This document shows positions 1-16,492 of a stretch of 64,000 nucleotides of DNA, in pieces. This stretch comes from the human T2T-CHM13v2.0 reference genome, Homo sapiens: the NCBI RefSeq assembly GCF_009914755.1, contig NC_060928.1; one strand, written 5' to 3'. The notes below the pieces were generated by a model, which made no database searches, was not told where the DNA came from, and saw only the letters and a list, made by a program, of their open reading frames with translations. Position 1 is the first letter of the stretch. Every line of letters begins with the position of its first letter. The position numbers were made by a program, and so were the translations under genes.

Positions 1-40
1 GTTAAACACAGAGTTACCATATGACCTAGCTATTTTACTC

Positions 41-420
41 TTAAAGGAATACCTAAGATTGAGTAATTGATAAAGAAAAGAGATTTATTTTGGCTCATTG
101 TTCTGCAGACTGTATAAGCATGAGAGCAGCTTTGGCTTGGCTTCAGTTGAGGGCCGCAGGAAGCTTATAATCATGGCAGAAAGGGAAAGAGGAGCAGGCA
201 CATCACATGCCAATAGACTGAGCAAGAAGTGGACAGGAGGAGGTGCCAGGCTCCTTTAAACAATCAACTTTCAAGTAGACTAACAGAGCAAGAGCTCACT
301 CATCACCAAGGAGATGGTGCTAAGCCACTCGTGAAGGATCCGCCCCCATGATCTGACACCTGTCACCAGGCCCCAACTCCAACATTGAGATTTGCAGTAA
401 ACAAACATCCAAACCATATC
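41..420 (-). mobile_element. MaLR LTR (MSTB-like), inserted in an old L1 3' end
   Basis: aatacctaagattgagtaattgataaagaaaagag...ggaagcttataatcatggcaga...aaacatccaaaccatatc resembles the MST reverse complement; L1 3' sequence on both sides (1-40 and 421 onward). Confidence 0.85.
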
Positions 421-1290
421 GTACATGAATGTTCACAGAATTATTCACAATACCAAAACTGGAAGAAACCCAAATGTCCATCAATTGTTGAATAATTAAA
501 CAAAATGCAGTGTCTCTATGCCATGTAAGATTGTCAATTATAAGAAAGAAGTGCTAATACATGCTACAACATGAATAAACCTAAAAATATTATAAATTAA
601 GGGTGTCACAAAGGAGCACCTATTTTATGAGTTCATTTATGTGAATAGTCTAAAATAGGCAAATCTATAGACAGCAAGTATATTCATGCTTGGCTAAGGC
701 TGGGAGATAAGGATGTGGAAGGTATTTGGGAGTGAATGCTAAAGTCTATGAGGTTTCTTTTTGAGGTGGTGAAAATGTTCTAATATTAGACTATGTAGTT
801 ACACAATATTTTGTAGTCACCCTGTGGATGTCAGGATAAACCTCCCACCAAAAATCGGATTGTGTGTCAAGACTGATGATGCAACATGCACTAGGAATAT
901 ATGGAAAACCTTACTACTCATATTATCGGACTTTCCAGAGAGAGCAGGGCTGGCACAAAGCAGTCCAGATCATAAAAAGTGAAAAGAGACAGGTGGCTTT
1001 GGCTTTTATTGTGGCTAGGAAGCAGGGCCAGCATGAAGGTTCTTGATCATGGGACAGGGTTTGCACGGTTGAACTATGAACAAGCTGAGGGAGAGAGAGT
1101 GAGGAATTTCTTATACCCAGATATGGGGCAAAAGAGGAAGGGAGAAAAGGAAAACAGTGATTAAAAGCTTAAGATATCTGAAATGGAGTCTTCCTCTTTA
1201 TTACACACAACCCAGTAAACATAATAAAAACCGTTGAATTATACATTTTAAATGGGTACCTTTTATAAATATGCATGTTATGGCTGATTA
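421..1290 (+). mobile_element. Old L1 (L1MB/L1ME-type) 3' end fragment, interrupted by an LTR at 807-1205
   Basis: aaactggaagaaacccaaatgtccatcaa, gctacaacatgaataaacct, ggtgaaaatgttctaatattag, gttgaattatacattttaaatggg are typical L1M 3' UTR motifs. Confidence 0.8.
807..1205 (-). mobile_element. ERVL-class solo LTR (MER54/MER73/MER74-like)
   Basis: Minus strand begins TGTAATAAAGAGGAAGACTCCATTT and carries an AATAAA; 5-bp TSD CACAA at 802-806 and 1206-1210. Confidence 0.65.
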
Positions 1291-1299
1291 AAGCTATTT

Positions 1300-2125
1300 A
1301 AATGAAAACCTGACAAATGGAAAATGTTGGTTACAATGTGGCGCAAACAGAAATATCATATATTACTGATAGGAATATTTAATGGTAAAACCACTTTGGA
1401 AAATGTTTTTGACATTTACTTTAACTATCAGTTACCAGTTTAGCAAGCAATGCTACTTTTAGATATTTTAATCTATGAAGAATAATTACTGTTTTCTATC
1501 AAAAGCTCTTGCAAGACTGTTAATAGAAGTTTTATACATAATAAACAAAAAGTTCAAATAACCCATCCACAGAAGAATACATACCTAAGTTGTGGTATGT
1601 GGGTGCAATGGAATGCCACTTGGCCGTAAAATGGAACAGAATACTGCTACCTACAACAGTGAAACAATCTCATAGGTATTATGCTGCTTTAAAGGAGCTA
1701 GACACAAAAGAGTTGTAAGATTAAATTTCTATTACATTCTCAAACTGGCAAAACTAATCCATAGTGAAAAAAAAAAAGTGGTTGCCTCTTTTATAGGGAT
1801 GGGCCCATTAGGGCCATAAGAGAAGTGTTCTGGGTTAAGAAAAATGTTCTATAGCTTGCTAGGTCTTTGGGTTAAATCAGTGTATTTATTTGTCAAAATT
1901 ATATGGCTTAGATATGTGAAATTTAATGTACATCGCTTTTACCTCAAAAGAGACTATGAAATCCTAGTAATGAAGTTGGGGAACTTGGAGTTGGAGTAGA
2001 TATTGATGAATCAAAAATTAGAGAGTAATGATTTGTTGAAACTAGGTGATTCATTCATGAGGTTTTATTGTAATCTTTGATTTACTTTGTATAGGTTTGA
2101 CATTTTTCATAACCAAAAGTTTTTT
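1300..2125 (+). mobile_element. Old L1 (L1ME-type) 3' fragment
   Basis: aatggtaaaaccactttggaaaat, caaactggcaaaactaatccatagtg. Confidence 0.7.
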
Positions 2126-4743
2126 TAGGAGTTTCATAGGCAAAGATGGTGACAATTCCTGAGAAATCATAAAAGGTGATATGGTAGAGCACTGCTGTTT
2201 GGCTAAGAATGTTTAACTATAGTGAATTTGAGGCTTTATTATTGCGGTAGGAAGCTACAAACAAGTTTAAGCATTTGATGAGGAGAGCTTATTGAGATAA
2301 TGTTATAATAATATATATCTAAAAATGATTGATGCATTTGAAAAGAGCTACAGCATTCTCCTAAATTGATGATGTATGGTCATGACATGTTTTAGTTTAT
2401 GCCTCCACATATCTTTGTACATTTTAGATCTGTTTTACGTGTTTTGCCTCTTCTAATTGCATACACTTATGAAATACTTAAGATTTTAGTTTTTAATTCA
2501 TAAGACTGTATTTATGAACTGTCATAGATTTAAAATACCAAATGTTTTACTCATGCATATATACATAGAGTCATGCCTTCAGGCATTGGCAAAAATATGA
2601 CCCATGATATCTGTTTTTGCTCAATTCTTTTTGAAATTCTAGGTTAGGTGCATTATTCAGGATTACAGCATAATTGCATTGCATATTTAAAGATTGTTCT
2701 GAATTTCTAATTCCCAGGTCAATTCTATACTAAAATATATTACCTTGTTTTCCTGTTAAAAGGTACCAAGAATATTTGAAATGTCAATATCATGCCTCAC
2801 AGGGAAGATGTTAAGGAATGATTACTTTAGAAAAGTTAACCTTTCATAAATTCAGATGTTTTAATATTTGATTCCATACATTTTACTCAAAAGTTACATA
2901 AATATATTTTTGACTACGGTATAGATGTAAATATGTGTTCTACAATTTAAAGCTGGTATTTTATGCAACTGCGTGTATGATATTATTCTTATTATTGTTA
3001 CTACCATTTTATCTTATTTTTGAAAGATTAGTGATCAAATGAGGAGTGTTAGATGAAAAGACCTCATTTATTTAGACTTAGGTATAACCTTCAGTTCTTC
3101 CTCAGATAATCCATCAAAATAATCAATGCAGGTTTCCATAGCTTTTCATTCCAAGCAGTTTGGTATATAGAATCAAAATAGTGCCAGACCTGAAAGTCAT
3201 AACCCATGGAGACTAGGTAGTACAGTTGAATCACTAAATTGTGACAATGTTTAGTCAATACAATTTGCAAGCAGGCATTCAGATTTCAGTTATAAATATT
3301 AGAGAATAGAATGATATTTTTTAAAGGTAAAATGCAAGGATGAGAGTAACTATCTTAGTAAATGTCAAGACACACTCTAACTGGAACGGAGAAAAATTTT
3401 TAACAAAACATAGGTTCTCATTTTTACTTATCCACAACTTCTCACTTTATTCTTACTTTCCACCCCTCATTCTCAAAGGTCCTGATCCACCAGTCTGACA
3501 GGGTTAAAACATTTATAAGTTTTAGGTCATCTTTGTGTTTGGATATGGTGAATGAAATAAGCTTGTGAATCAAGCAAACCTTACAAAATATTAAAGAATA
3601 GAATTAAGCCCCAGTCAAAACTGGCAATCCTATAATTTACTTCTTTTCTTTAAGATATTTTTCTTTATATTGAATAAAGATGCAGAAGTGCAGATCATGA
3701 TGCCAAATTCAAAAGGAAACCCAGAGTTTTGCATGTTCCTTGCATGACTCCTCTGCCTTTCCCAAAACTCATACAATCACCATGTGCCATGGGCCAGCAT
3801 CAGTGTAATCCTACCACATCCTCATTTCTTTTTCTATCAGTCTGAGGAAGAAGCCCAAGAAACCTTTACCCATCTCCACAGGGCTTTGTGCATCCCCTTT
3901 TCATGACTTCCTATGACCTTTTTTCAAATCTCAAAATTATTCCAATTTTGTTGTCTACAACTACTCACAGTCAATCATCAGAACAATCTCACAGAATTTT
4001 TAATCCCACATTATCCTGTCAATCTATGTCCTTGTTTGGCAAATCTCTACACTGCTAAAATCCAATGTTTACCTATCTTGCCTCTGCACTGTCTGCGTGG
4101 TTGAAACACACTTCTATTAGCATACAAATAGTCTAAAATTTATGCTAGGAGAAATAGTACAAAACCCACTGTACACATTGCATCCTTCCTAGGTATTAAT
4201 TTATAATTCTTTTCCCTTAACACCACCAAATGTTCTTGAAAGAGTTGTCTGAGCTCATTCTTTCTAACTCTTCTGCAACTTTTTCTTACTGAGCTCTCAT
4301 AGTCAGGTTTCTCTCCATTCACTTCTCAGCTCTTGTCAAGGCCACAGCGCAGTGCTAAGTCCACTGGTGAATTATTAGTTCATGTAGATTTATCAGCAGA
4401 CATTGAAAAAGTCAATCCTTCCCTTTTTCTTAAAACATTTCTTTACATGGCTTTTGGGAAACTACTCTCTCAGTTTTCTGACCACAACGGCTGCTCTTTC
4501 TTAAATATTATTATTATTTTGCTGACTTTGCTTCATCACTGATGTTTCTGGACTCAGGCCACAGATGTTCTCGCCTCTCTCTTTATTCACACCTTTGGAG
4601 TTTCTATCCAGTCCTTTAATTTAAATATGCTCTTTGTGCAATGACTCACATATTATAGCCACTTCTCCCTTGAACTTTAGCTATGTATATACTTGCCTAC
4701 TTGACACCTCTATTTTGATATTCACTAGGTATCGCTAACTTAA

Positions 4744-5072
<329 letters not shown>

Positions 5073-5416
5073 ATGCTCCCACTACATTCTTACCTACCTC
5101 AGCAAAAGAACCCTTCATCCTTCCAGTTATGTAGGACAAGCAATTGGGAGTCATCCAAGACTCCTCTTTCTCTCATATCCCACACTCCACCTGTCTACTG
5201 CTGATATTACCTTTAAAATATCCCCCAGGTCTGAAGCTTTCTTATCCATGTTCCTCTATCATTTTGACCCAAACCACCATCATTTCTTGTTTGGATTAAA
5301 ACATACTACAGCAGCAAGATTGAACTTGTGAGAATCTAAGCAAATTATATCACCTCTGTGTTTAAGTCTTCCCAGTGGCATCTCATTTCACTTAAAGTAA
5401 AAGCCAGTGTCCTCAA

Positions 5417-5925
<509 letters not shown>

Positions 5926-5950
5926 TTAAAATGTCTTACAAGTTTTATAT

Positions 5951-6265
<315 letters not shown>

Positions 6266-6884
6266 TACAAGTTCTATATTATATGGACCCTCACTACTTC
6301 TCTGACCTCACTTTGTATATCCTTCATCACTACTCACTGGATTGTACCCACACTGACTTCTTTGAATTTACATGAGCTTCATTAGCATTTTTCTACCTCC
6401 TTTGCATTTGCGCTTTATGAGAAATACTACTTTCTGTCCCTCTGTTTTCTATGTTTCTGTTCAAACAACACTTTAACATTGATTTTTTTCTCTCTTAAAT
6501 TCTGTATAATACAGCAACCCATCCCTTTATTCCTTATTCACATTCCCTCTTACTTTTATTTTCTCCATAACAGTTACTACTAAGTGATATATATGTGTTT
6601 AATTATTTATTTTTGTATTTTTGTCTTGTCTCAGATGTAAGCCAATTAAAGGAAGAAGCTTCATTTTATTCACTACTAAATTCATTGCACTTCCAAAGGT
6701 GCATGACCTGTAGTAATATGCAATAATTACTTGTACCGTAAGTGTGCAATGCATTAGGTCAGGATTGTAATGTGTGAGTAATGCAAATTGGTGACAGAGA
6801 AAAATGCAGGGGATGAAAAATAAGGGTAAAGGGAGAAGTAAGAGACTTTCAAGATATACAGGGAACACTTAAAATATAATGATG

Positions 6885-7110
6885 AAGTGCAAGTGAAAAT
6901 TTTAGAATCAGAGAACCTAGTTTCAGATTGCAGGTTTGCCACTTGGAGGATATATGCCCTTGAACACATGACTTAAATTATTTGTGCCTCAATTCCCATG
7001 ATTGATAAATAGGTATAGTAGCTATCTCATTACATTATCAATATTAAATGCAATAATACTTAAAAATGTTTAGCAACATGGTGGCATATAGTAAGTAAAC
7101 AGTGGTAGTT
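6885..7110 (+). mobile_element. MIR SINE
   Basis: tttagaatcagagaacctag...gacttaaattatttgtgcctcaattccc...tggcatatagtaagt core. Confidence 0.75.
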
Positions 7111-7462
7111 GAAAGACACAATAACACCAAAATAAATCAGAAATCAAATTGCATAATACTTCCATATTTCAAAAATCTTTTTAGAATTAGCCCTATCCTT
7201 TGAAAGAGATTTTTTTGTCTTGTTTCTCCCGTAATTTGCAGAATTATAGTAATATGATTGCTCACCTTATGAATAAAATAAAATTTAAGAACAAAATAGT
7301 AATGTGATTTTAGAGAGAGCAGAAGCATGTATGTGTGTGTGTGTGTGTGTCAAACAGAACTTTGTACCAATCACAGCTATTTCACTTAATGTCCTAGAGC
7401 CCCACTTTTCTTGTTAACCTAACATAATAATAATAGGACTGCATTGCAAGGCTCTTATGAGG

Positions 7463-8098
7463 TGTTTTAGTTTTCTATTGCTGTGTAACAGATTACCTCA
7501 AACTTAGTGTTTAAAAGCAACAGAAGTTTATCATCTCACAGTTTCTGTGGGTCAGAAGTCTGGGCATTGTGTAGGAATTCTCTGTTATTTTCTCAAAAAT
7601 CTGAAATCAAGGTATTGACTGGGGGTGCAGTTTTCATTTGAACCTCTTCTTTCTCTTCCAATCTCATTCAGGTTATTGGCAGAATCCAATTTCTTGCAGT
7701 TGTAAGCCTGAAGTGTCTCTCTTCTTACTGGACTGTCACCTGGGGTTCACTGTCAGTTCCTAGAACTTACCCTCAAGATCTAGCCATGGGCCCCCTGCAT
7801 AGGCAGTTTAGAACATGCCTGTTTGTTTTCACCTAGTTCAGCAGGAGCGTGTTTGTTGCTGTTTTTTTTTAAGAGCTCTACTGAATAAGTCATGACCACC
7901 CAGGAAAATCTCCCTTTTGATTAACTCAGTCAACTGATTAGGGACCTTAATGACATCTACAAAATCCCTTTTGCTATATAAGGTAATATAATCCCAGGGC
8001 TGGTACCTATTGTTTTCATAGGTCCCATTTATACTCAAGGAGAGGGAATTCTATAAGGACATGAGTCACCAGGGGCTTATCTTAGAATTGTTTACCAT
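7463..8098 (-). mobile_element. MaLR LTR (MLT1E-like) inserted in a MIR (7370-7462 and 8099-8170)
   Basis: tgttttagttttctattgctgtgtaacagattacc...cttagaattgtttaccata; near-TSD tgagg/tgaga. Confidence 0.85.
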
Positions 8099-10129
8099 AT
8101 GAGAATTAAAAGATTTGTTGTATATGAAGCCTTTCTCCCATGACTTATTAACTGTGGTGGTCAATAAGACAACATTGTTATTATTTTCCTAGTTTCAGAT
8201 TCTAAATACATAATATGTTAATATTTTAGGGACTGGCTTGTACTTTTATGATATTTATACTTTAGAAAAATTACTGATTACAGAGATCGCACAAAAGTAT
8301 TCTCACTTCTTAAATTAGAGAGGACACTGATAAAATGTGTGATGTTCTTGTTCTATTTTACTTCCATTTTAACTCACTATTTCTTCAGTTGAACAATTTG
8401 CTCATCACATTCCCTAGGGGACTGAGAAAATTGTACTTGTACGATGTTGCAAAAGGAAACTTCCATGGCCTTCGAGTGCAAGCTACATTATTTATTATCA
8501 CATCAATGTTCTGGCAGTGTTGCTTGTAAGTAGATATACTGATTTACTCTGAAGATCAGTCAGGTGAGCTCAGTTTTGCCTTGGGCTATCAGATAAGGAA
8601 TGCATCTTACTTTTCCAGTGCTTTTGAAGCCAAGCTCATTGAAGACAATTTTCAGATTTACAGCAATTTTCAACCAATATTATTCTGCTTCTTTGGCCAG
8701 TATAATTGAACACAAACCTAAATTTTAATTGAAATTATTCTCATCTATATCTGCCGTGAAAATTTTTTTAGATAAAGATGAAAATTACTAATTCAACATC
8801 TAAGCTAGTTACTAACTTTATGTCTATGAATATGAAAATCTTGTAATATATAACTTCTCTTATCAGGTGCTGAATTGTTTCTTTTTTCTTATATCAGCAC
8901 TTTGTTGAACATTGTTAACAACATATTAATGCTATATGATGAAATCTGAAAACTTTATAAAAGCACTTAAAGGTACACTATCATAATGTGCATTAACTAG
9001 TATTAAATTAAGGTATTTCTAATGTAAAACATAGTAAATTTAGCAAAACAGGACTATTTGGAAAGATTGCAAAGTAAACATACCAGTCTCTGCAAATGGC
9101 ACATACCATTAGGGTAAAAAAGAATACTGTGTTCTTATTTGAGTAATGCATTTGGTCAAGGGGCTAGTCTCAAAAATCTAAGTAATGACCTACCTAAAGC
9201 TCTGTGCACCATCCCAACCCCATCCCCACATACTTTCATTCTTCACTCTTACAGCCACATACCTACTACATCTAGCGTAAGCCATTTCTCAAGATATGGC
9301 ACCAAGATAATTCTTGTTAAGAAAAAAAAAATTCATCCTTCATATGCTCACCAGATTTAGTTTCAGAGGAACTTTGCTGTTGCTCCTGTTGCCATTAGTT
9401 TTCTTAACATTCTCTACCCTTAACTCAGGAATAAGTTTATTCTTGTGTGTAATTTCCATCCCTTCCCTTAAGAACTAGAGATACTCACCAGACCCAAACA
9501 CTGAATACCTGATCCATGAATGTTTGTGCCCCCACTTTAGTGTGTTTCATGAAACACCCTCTTTTGAGACATTCATATGCTGAACAAAAGCAGGACCATC
9601 ACCATATTTTCAAATACTATATACTTCTTTCCATTATGTGAAAATACATTTGATGGTTGTTTTTGTGTATTTAATTTTCTAGTTGTGGCTCTACTTAAAC
9701 ATATTTTCCTGCCATCTGAAGCCAAAGTTATAGTAGCCTAATCTCAAAACTAAATACTTAATAACTGATAGCAATCAATTTGTAAAATACCTATAGATTT
9801 TTATGATATTTTTAAAAAGTTTGGAAGAACCATGAGAATGTGACAGTGAGTCATTTCTTTTATATTATTTCAAGACTGCTTCTTTGCTTGTTCAAGGCTG
9901 CATAATGAGGCATTTCTTCACAATTACTCATATTTTTCAATCTTACTTCATGATATATCGAAAAATACCCATAAATATTTTCTTTTTTTAAAAAAAATTG
10001 CAATTATCAGCAAGAGCTTCCATGTAAAATTTAAACCAAAAAGACAAATTGAAAAGATAGGACCTTTAAAACATACTTTTCTTCTTTCAGTAATAATTTT
10101 TCTTTTTAGGGCCTTTATAAAAAAAAGTC

Positions 10130-11560
10130 TACTCTGTCAATTTTATTGAACAATAATACTCATCTAAAAACATAAATAAATCAAAACCGTGGAGTGAACA
10201 TGCTTTGTGATATGCATCTAGAATATTTTAAAAGTAAAACAAAACTAAACAAAAATTACTTGAAATCTAAAATCCACCATGACCCTTTGTTCATTTTCTT
10301 CTCAAAGGCCAGATATAGTCACAGCCTATTTCTAATACCATAAATTAATTTGGTTTATTTTTTAACTTTATGCAGGTGAAACTATGCAGTACATGCTCTT
10401 ATTTGTGGCTTCTTTCAATCAATAGATGTTTGTGATATATAGTTGTACTTTGTTCATATTTATTGCTTTATAATAACATTCTTCTTTATTAATGTACTAC
10501 AAAATACATATTCATGGTAATATTCATAGCAATTTTATTTATTTTTATTCATTTTTGTTTATTGAAAAGATTGTTGCTATGAAAAGCTTGTATATGTCTT
10601 TTCTTATGTGGTAGGAATTGAGGTCCTTTGTTTTCATTTGTTTTCAAATGAATATACAATTGACCCAGCACAAATGTTGAACTGCAGTACCCCCACTCAA
10701 TCAGGTGGCAGCATATACAGAAATTTGTTTCTGGGCTATTTTAGAACTTGATCTATTCTTCTATCCTTGTGCTAATATCACACTGTCTAATTTATATCAC
10801 TGAATAAGGCTCAACATAATATTAATCTTTCAGTCACATTCTTCTTCAAGATTACCTGTATTTCCATGTAATAAATAATAGAATCATCTTGTTGATTTCT
10901 AAAGAAATAAAATTTTCTAATCTTTTGGTTGAAATTGCTTTGAATAGGTGGATCAACTTGGAAATAATTGACATCTTTACAACGTTAGCTCTGCAATTCA
11001 TGGACACAACATATTCCTCCATTTATTTAGTTCTTATTTATTTGTGTAATAGATTGTATGTTTTAGTGTGGAGATTATACACATGCTTTAAAATTCTAGT
11101 TTCTAGATTTTTATGTGTTTGATATTATTTTAAATGACCTATTTTTGTTTTCTGTGTGTAGTAACAGTTTTTTTTTCTGTTTAAGCTCTTAAATGTGTAA
11201 TGATTTAAGAAATTCGACTAAATTTAACTGCATTGTATGCAAAAAAAAAATGTTCTTCCACTCTTATAGGAGAGGGAGGAATCCCTCTCCTCCCTACCTT
11301 CTTTTCTACCTTCCAGCCTCTTATAATCATAGTTTCATTTTGTTCTTTTTAATCCCTGTGTCATTTAGTTTTATTTATTTATTTATTCTTGTTGTACTAC
11401 TTAGAACCTCTAGTACAGTATTGGATAGAAGTGGTAACTGAGGGTTTCATTGTGCTGTTTCTGATGTCAGGGTGAAAAACTTCACATTATTCATTATTTA
11501 CCATAATTTCACTCTAAGAGTTTACAGATATTATTTATAAAATTCAAGGATGTGTACATC
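10130..11560 (-). mobile_element. Highly diverged L1ME fragments
   Basis: gaaattgctttgaataggtggatcaacttggaaataattgacatctttacaac; cttagaacctctagtacagtattggatagaagtggt. Confidence 0.7.
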
Positions 11561-11599
11561 CTTATGCTCTATAATATTTATACCTTCATGTAATTTTTT

Positions 11600-12063
11600 T
11601 TGATTGTGAGCTAGGCTTAGTGATTCATTTCTAGTTAATAGAATGAGGCAGATGCAATGGTGTATGACTTGGATACCAGAAAATAATAGGTCACTTTTAC
11701 TCTCTCTTGTATTGGGCTTGCTCTACGGGAGGCCAGCTGCCATGGTGTGAGACATCCTACAGAGAGATCCATATGGTGAGGAACTGAGGCCTCTAGCCAA
11801 CAGCCAGTGAGGAGCTGAGGCCTGCCAAAACCCATGTGAATGAGCTTGGAAAAGGATTTTCCAGCCTTAGTCAAGCCTTGAGATGACTGTAGTCCTGGCC
11901 AACAGCCTGACGACAACTTCACAAGAGACACTAAGCCAAACCACCCAGCAAAGCTGCTTCCAGATTCCTGACCCTTAGAAACTATTTGAGATAGTGAATT
12001 TTTATTGTTTTAAGCTGCTAAATTGGGAAGAAATTTGTCAGGCACCAGTAGATAACTACTGCA
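11600..12063 (+). mobile_element. MaLR LTR (MLT1F-like)
   Basis: gccagctgccatggtgtgag...gaggaactgaggcctctagccaacagccag...ttgttttaagctgctaaatt...agataactactgca. Confidence 0.85.
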
Positions 12064-12829
12064 AGGAAATTATCTTCTTTTCATAATTTTCTAAGTTAAT
12101 TTCATCAAAAGTTATTTTTAATTTCTTGTTTTTTACCATTTCCCCATTTTATCATTTCATTTAATATCTCTTTTAGAATGAGTCTATAATTTTAATGGAC
12201 TGTTCACCTTCTCTGTCATGATGACATTCACTTTCATCTATATGTATTTGCTACATGGATATCAGTTTGGTCCCTCAAGCTAGGTAGCTTATCTCTTGAG
12301 GACCAGTACCTTCTAGTGTGCACCCATACTCCTTGGAGTTCTAAAGAATATAATAAATATTTGATGACGTGCTATGAATAAGCGTGAGAAATCTGAATGA
12401 TTAAATGTAAATACGAATTTACTAATTCAAAAAGTGAATAGAATTGTCATCTCTTTGAGCTCTATTACAAAAAGTTTTTAACTCTAGATTTCCATACGAA
12501 AAAGAAAATTTTCTTTTAAATGCAACAAGCTTATTTTATCATCCTGCAATCAGTACACTTAAGCATATTCTTTTTAAATGTTTAACATAGAGCTATTTAA
12601 TGCATCTAAAATCTATTTTTATGTTATAAAATAAAAATTCTGGATATTAATAATATTATTTAAATGTCAACTTCCCAATTAAGGAAATAACATTACTGGC
12701 TGGCTTTGCTACTAAAACTGTGAGTAATACTATTTTAAAGCTACTTTCTGAACACCATTTATAAGGCAAATACACATAAAGGGTAATATAGCTACCATAA
12801 ATCAATAAGAAAAAACAAATGATGAACAA

Positions 12830-13340
12830 TTCAGTATGAGAATAAGCAAAGAATATAAACAAAGCATTCAAAAAGGAGGAAATTAAAGCTTCAGAGAAGC
12901 ATGTAAAGGTAATATCCAACTCCACTAACAAGAAGGGAAAAATTGAAATGAAAATTAAAACTGTAATACAGCAGTATTCTTATGAGAAAGAACATAGAAT
13001 TTCTGTGATACACTGTGCTTTCAAAGGCATATAGACAAAGTACTCATGCATTGTTAGAAGAAGGGTAATTTAACAATATCTATCAATGTTAAAAATTGCT
13101 TACATCTTTTGATGCAGCAAATTGATGTATATATGTTTCCCTATAAACATATATACAAAGGTATTCTTCCCATCATTGTTTGGAATAGCCCCAAATTGAA
13201 AACAACCTACATATCCATAAATTAGGGCATAATTAATTAAATTATTGAATAACCACAAAAAAGTGATATGGAGCCATTTAAAAACACAAAACCACTTTAG
13301 AGGTAATAATAATAAACAATATTCAAAATACTTCTTTAAA
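12830..13340 (+). mobile_element. Old L1 (L1ME) 3' fragment
   Basis: cattgtttggaatagccccaaattgaaaacaacctacatatccat. Confidence 0.6.
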
Positions 13341-13380
13341 AGGAGAAAAAGCTAAACGAAATAATGAATAATTTGGATAA

Positions 13381-14501
<1,121 letters not shown>

Positions 14502-16399
14502 TAATGCCCTATTCTTCCCTTTGGAGTGATATGATGAGAGCAAATGGAACCTACATATACAGAGGAGGGTCCACACTATAGAAAAAATCTGAAGTTATTA
14601 ATTTCAGAGTATAAACTGGAGTTACTGCACAGTAGTTCTTCCCTTTCTGAAAGAAGGAGAAAGTCATTACAAAGGAATCCTCTCTGGGAGAGTAGGGAAG
14701 GTTTCTAAATGTTCATAACACGTTCGGATGCAAATAAGTAAATGACTATTGGGAAGAAAAATCTGCAAATTGGAGGTCTCCAATTTGCAAGTTATGTTTA
14801 ATATTCAAATACCCATTAACCCTGGTTGCCAGTGATTTTGGCTCAGAAAGCCCTGACCATAAAGGAATAAGAAAATATTTTATTTTCTAGAGCTCTACCC
14901 TTTGTTTTTCATGGTATGGCTTATGTAAAATTTACTATTTATATGCCATTACATCAGCAATTCTGATTACTCTTACCAGCAGGGGTGAGAAACAATCTGC
15001 TTGGTTTTGCTATATAGCACTTGTCAATGCTATTTCTAGCAGAATTCAGAGCAGCAGGATGAGACAACTGTAGCGTTGAACTCAGCCATGCCCCTCAGGT
15101 GTCTTGTATTTAGCCAGCCAAATAAATACCGTCAAGTCTCAGAGTTTACCTTAGAAAGCCAGGTGGCTTGACCTGTCCACCTGGCCCAAGGCAATAATCC
15201 AGGTACAGCAGAGTATGTTAATTATATGCACAGACTTCACCTTGGCCTGCAAAGGAGAAAGTGTAGGGTAATTCCATATCCATAACAAACCTGGCCAGTG
15301 AACTGAGGCTGACTTGAACGCTTTCCAGGGCGGCGGCAATGTCACACTGCCCACAGAATATGCATCTCAGGTGTTTTCTTTTATACTTGAATGTTTCTGA
15401 TGATTATCCCTAAGCATAAATCTCAACTGCTTCCAAAGACTAGAACAGCTACTGTTATACATTATAATGTTTCAGCCTAGCTGAACATTCCTGGAGACAA
15501 ACTTGACTTTGGGGAAACCATTGTGAATTAAATGTCCTCAAATAGCCAGTGACTTTAGTTTTGCTTTGAAGTGGGAAGTTTCCCACCACAGGGATAGCTG
15601 CCATTTTTTCATCTAAAGTCAAGATAACCGCTGGTACTGAAGAGCTGCATTCTTTAATATGCCATGTTCATTTGACAAGGAGGGAATTTCACTGGTTTTG
15701 TTTTTCATTGCTTCTGCCTTGTGATTCAGAGAGTCCACCTAAAAATGGATATTCAGTCTGAGAGTTACGAGGCTTCTATGGGTCAGGCATTTAATTTCAA
15801 CAAGAGCTCAGTAACAAGTTCTTCAAAGGCATAGCTGGTAGCCAGATCCAACACTACAAAAAGATGCCTCTAGCTGGAGGCTGTTTTCCTCTGTATTCTG
15901 TCTCCCTTTACAGACTGCTTTCCTTCTGGGGGGCAAGAGGTCAAAAAGACAGCAGTTTTTCCTCTGACTGCGGACCTGGAAAGTTAGAGGCATCTGTATT
16001 ATGTCCGAACATACTCACACTTAGCAAACAGCAGGGGAGTTCACCCAATAACACACTTCTCTATCTGTAGCTTTTCCCAATTGGGATGATCTGCTCAGAG
16101 ATTATGAGCTGATGAATTACAAGCATATGGCAAATTATATCAATTTTGACCATATTTTCACATAAGAATAAACAAAACAACATAAAATATTTTTGACACA
16201 AAAATTTAAAATCCTCATTTGTTTTCTTAAACATACATTTACTCACATCCCTGACTATTAACTCACTTTTAGCCCGTTTAATATTTCAAAGATTAAAATC
16301 ACAGCCAACTGCTGCTGTCTCCCATTGGGAATCTGGGAATGCAGTGGGCATGTTGCTGTCTAGCTTATGTGATGTGATAGGAATTGCTGGGGAATGCAT

Positions 16400-16447
16400 C
16401 TTTTTTTTTTTCTCTCTCTCTCTCTCTGTTTCCTCTGTCTCTGTCTC

Positions 16448-16490
<43 letters not shown>

Positions 16491-16492
16491 TT
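16400..16492. repeat. Poly-T plus (TC)n/(TCTG)n polypyrimidine microsatellite
   Basis: Directly visible. Confidence 0.95.

Noticed and set aside
3729-3749. Tandem CATG cores as a p53 response element
   Set aside because: Several mismatches to RRRCWWGYYY in both half-sites
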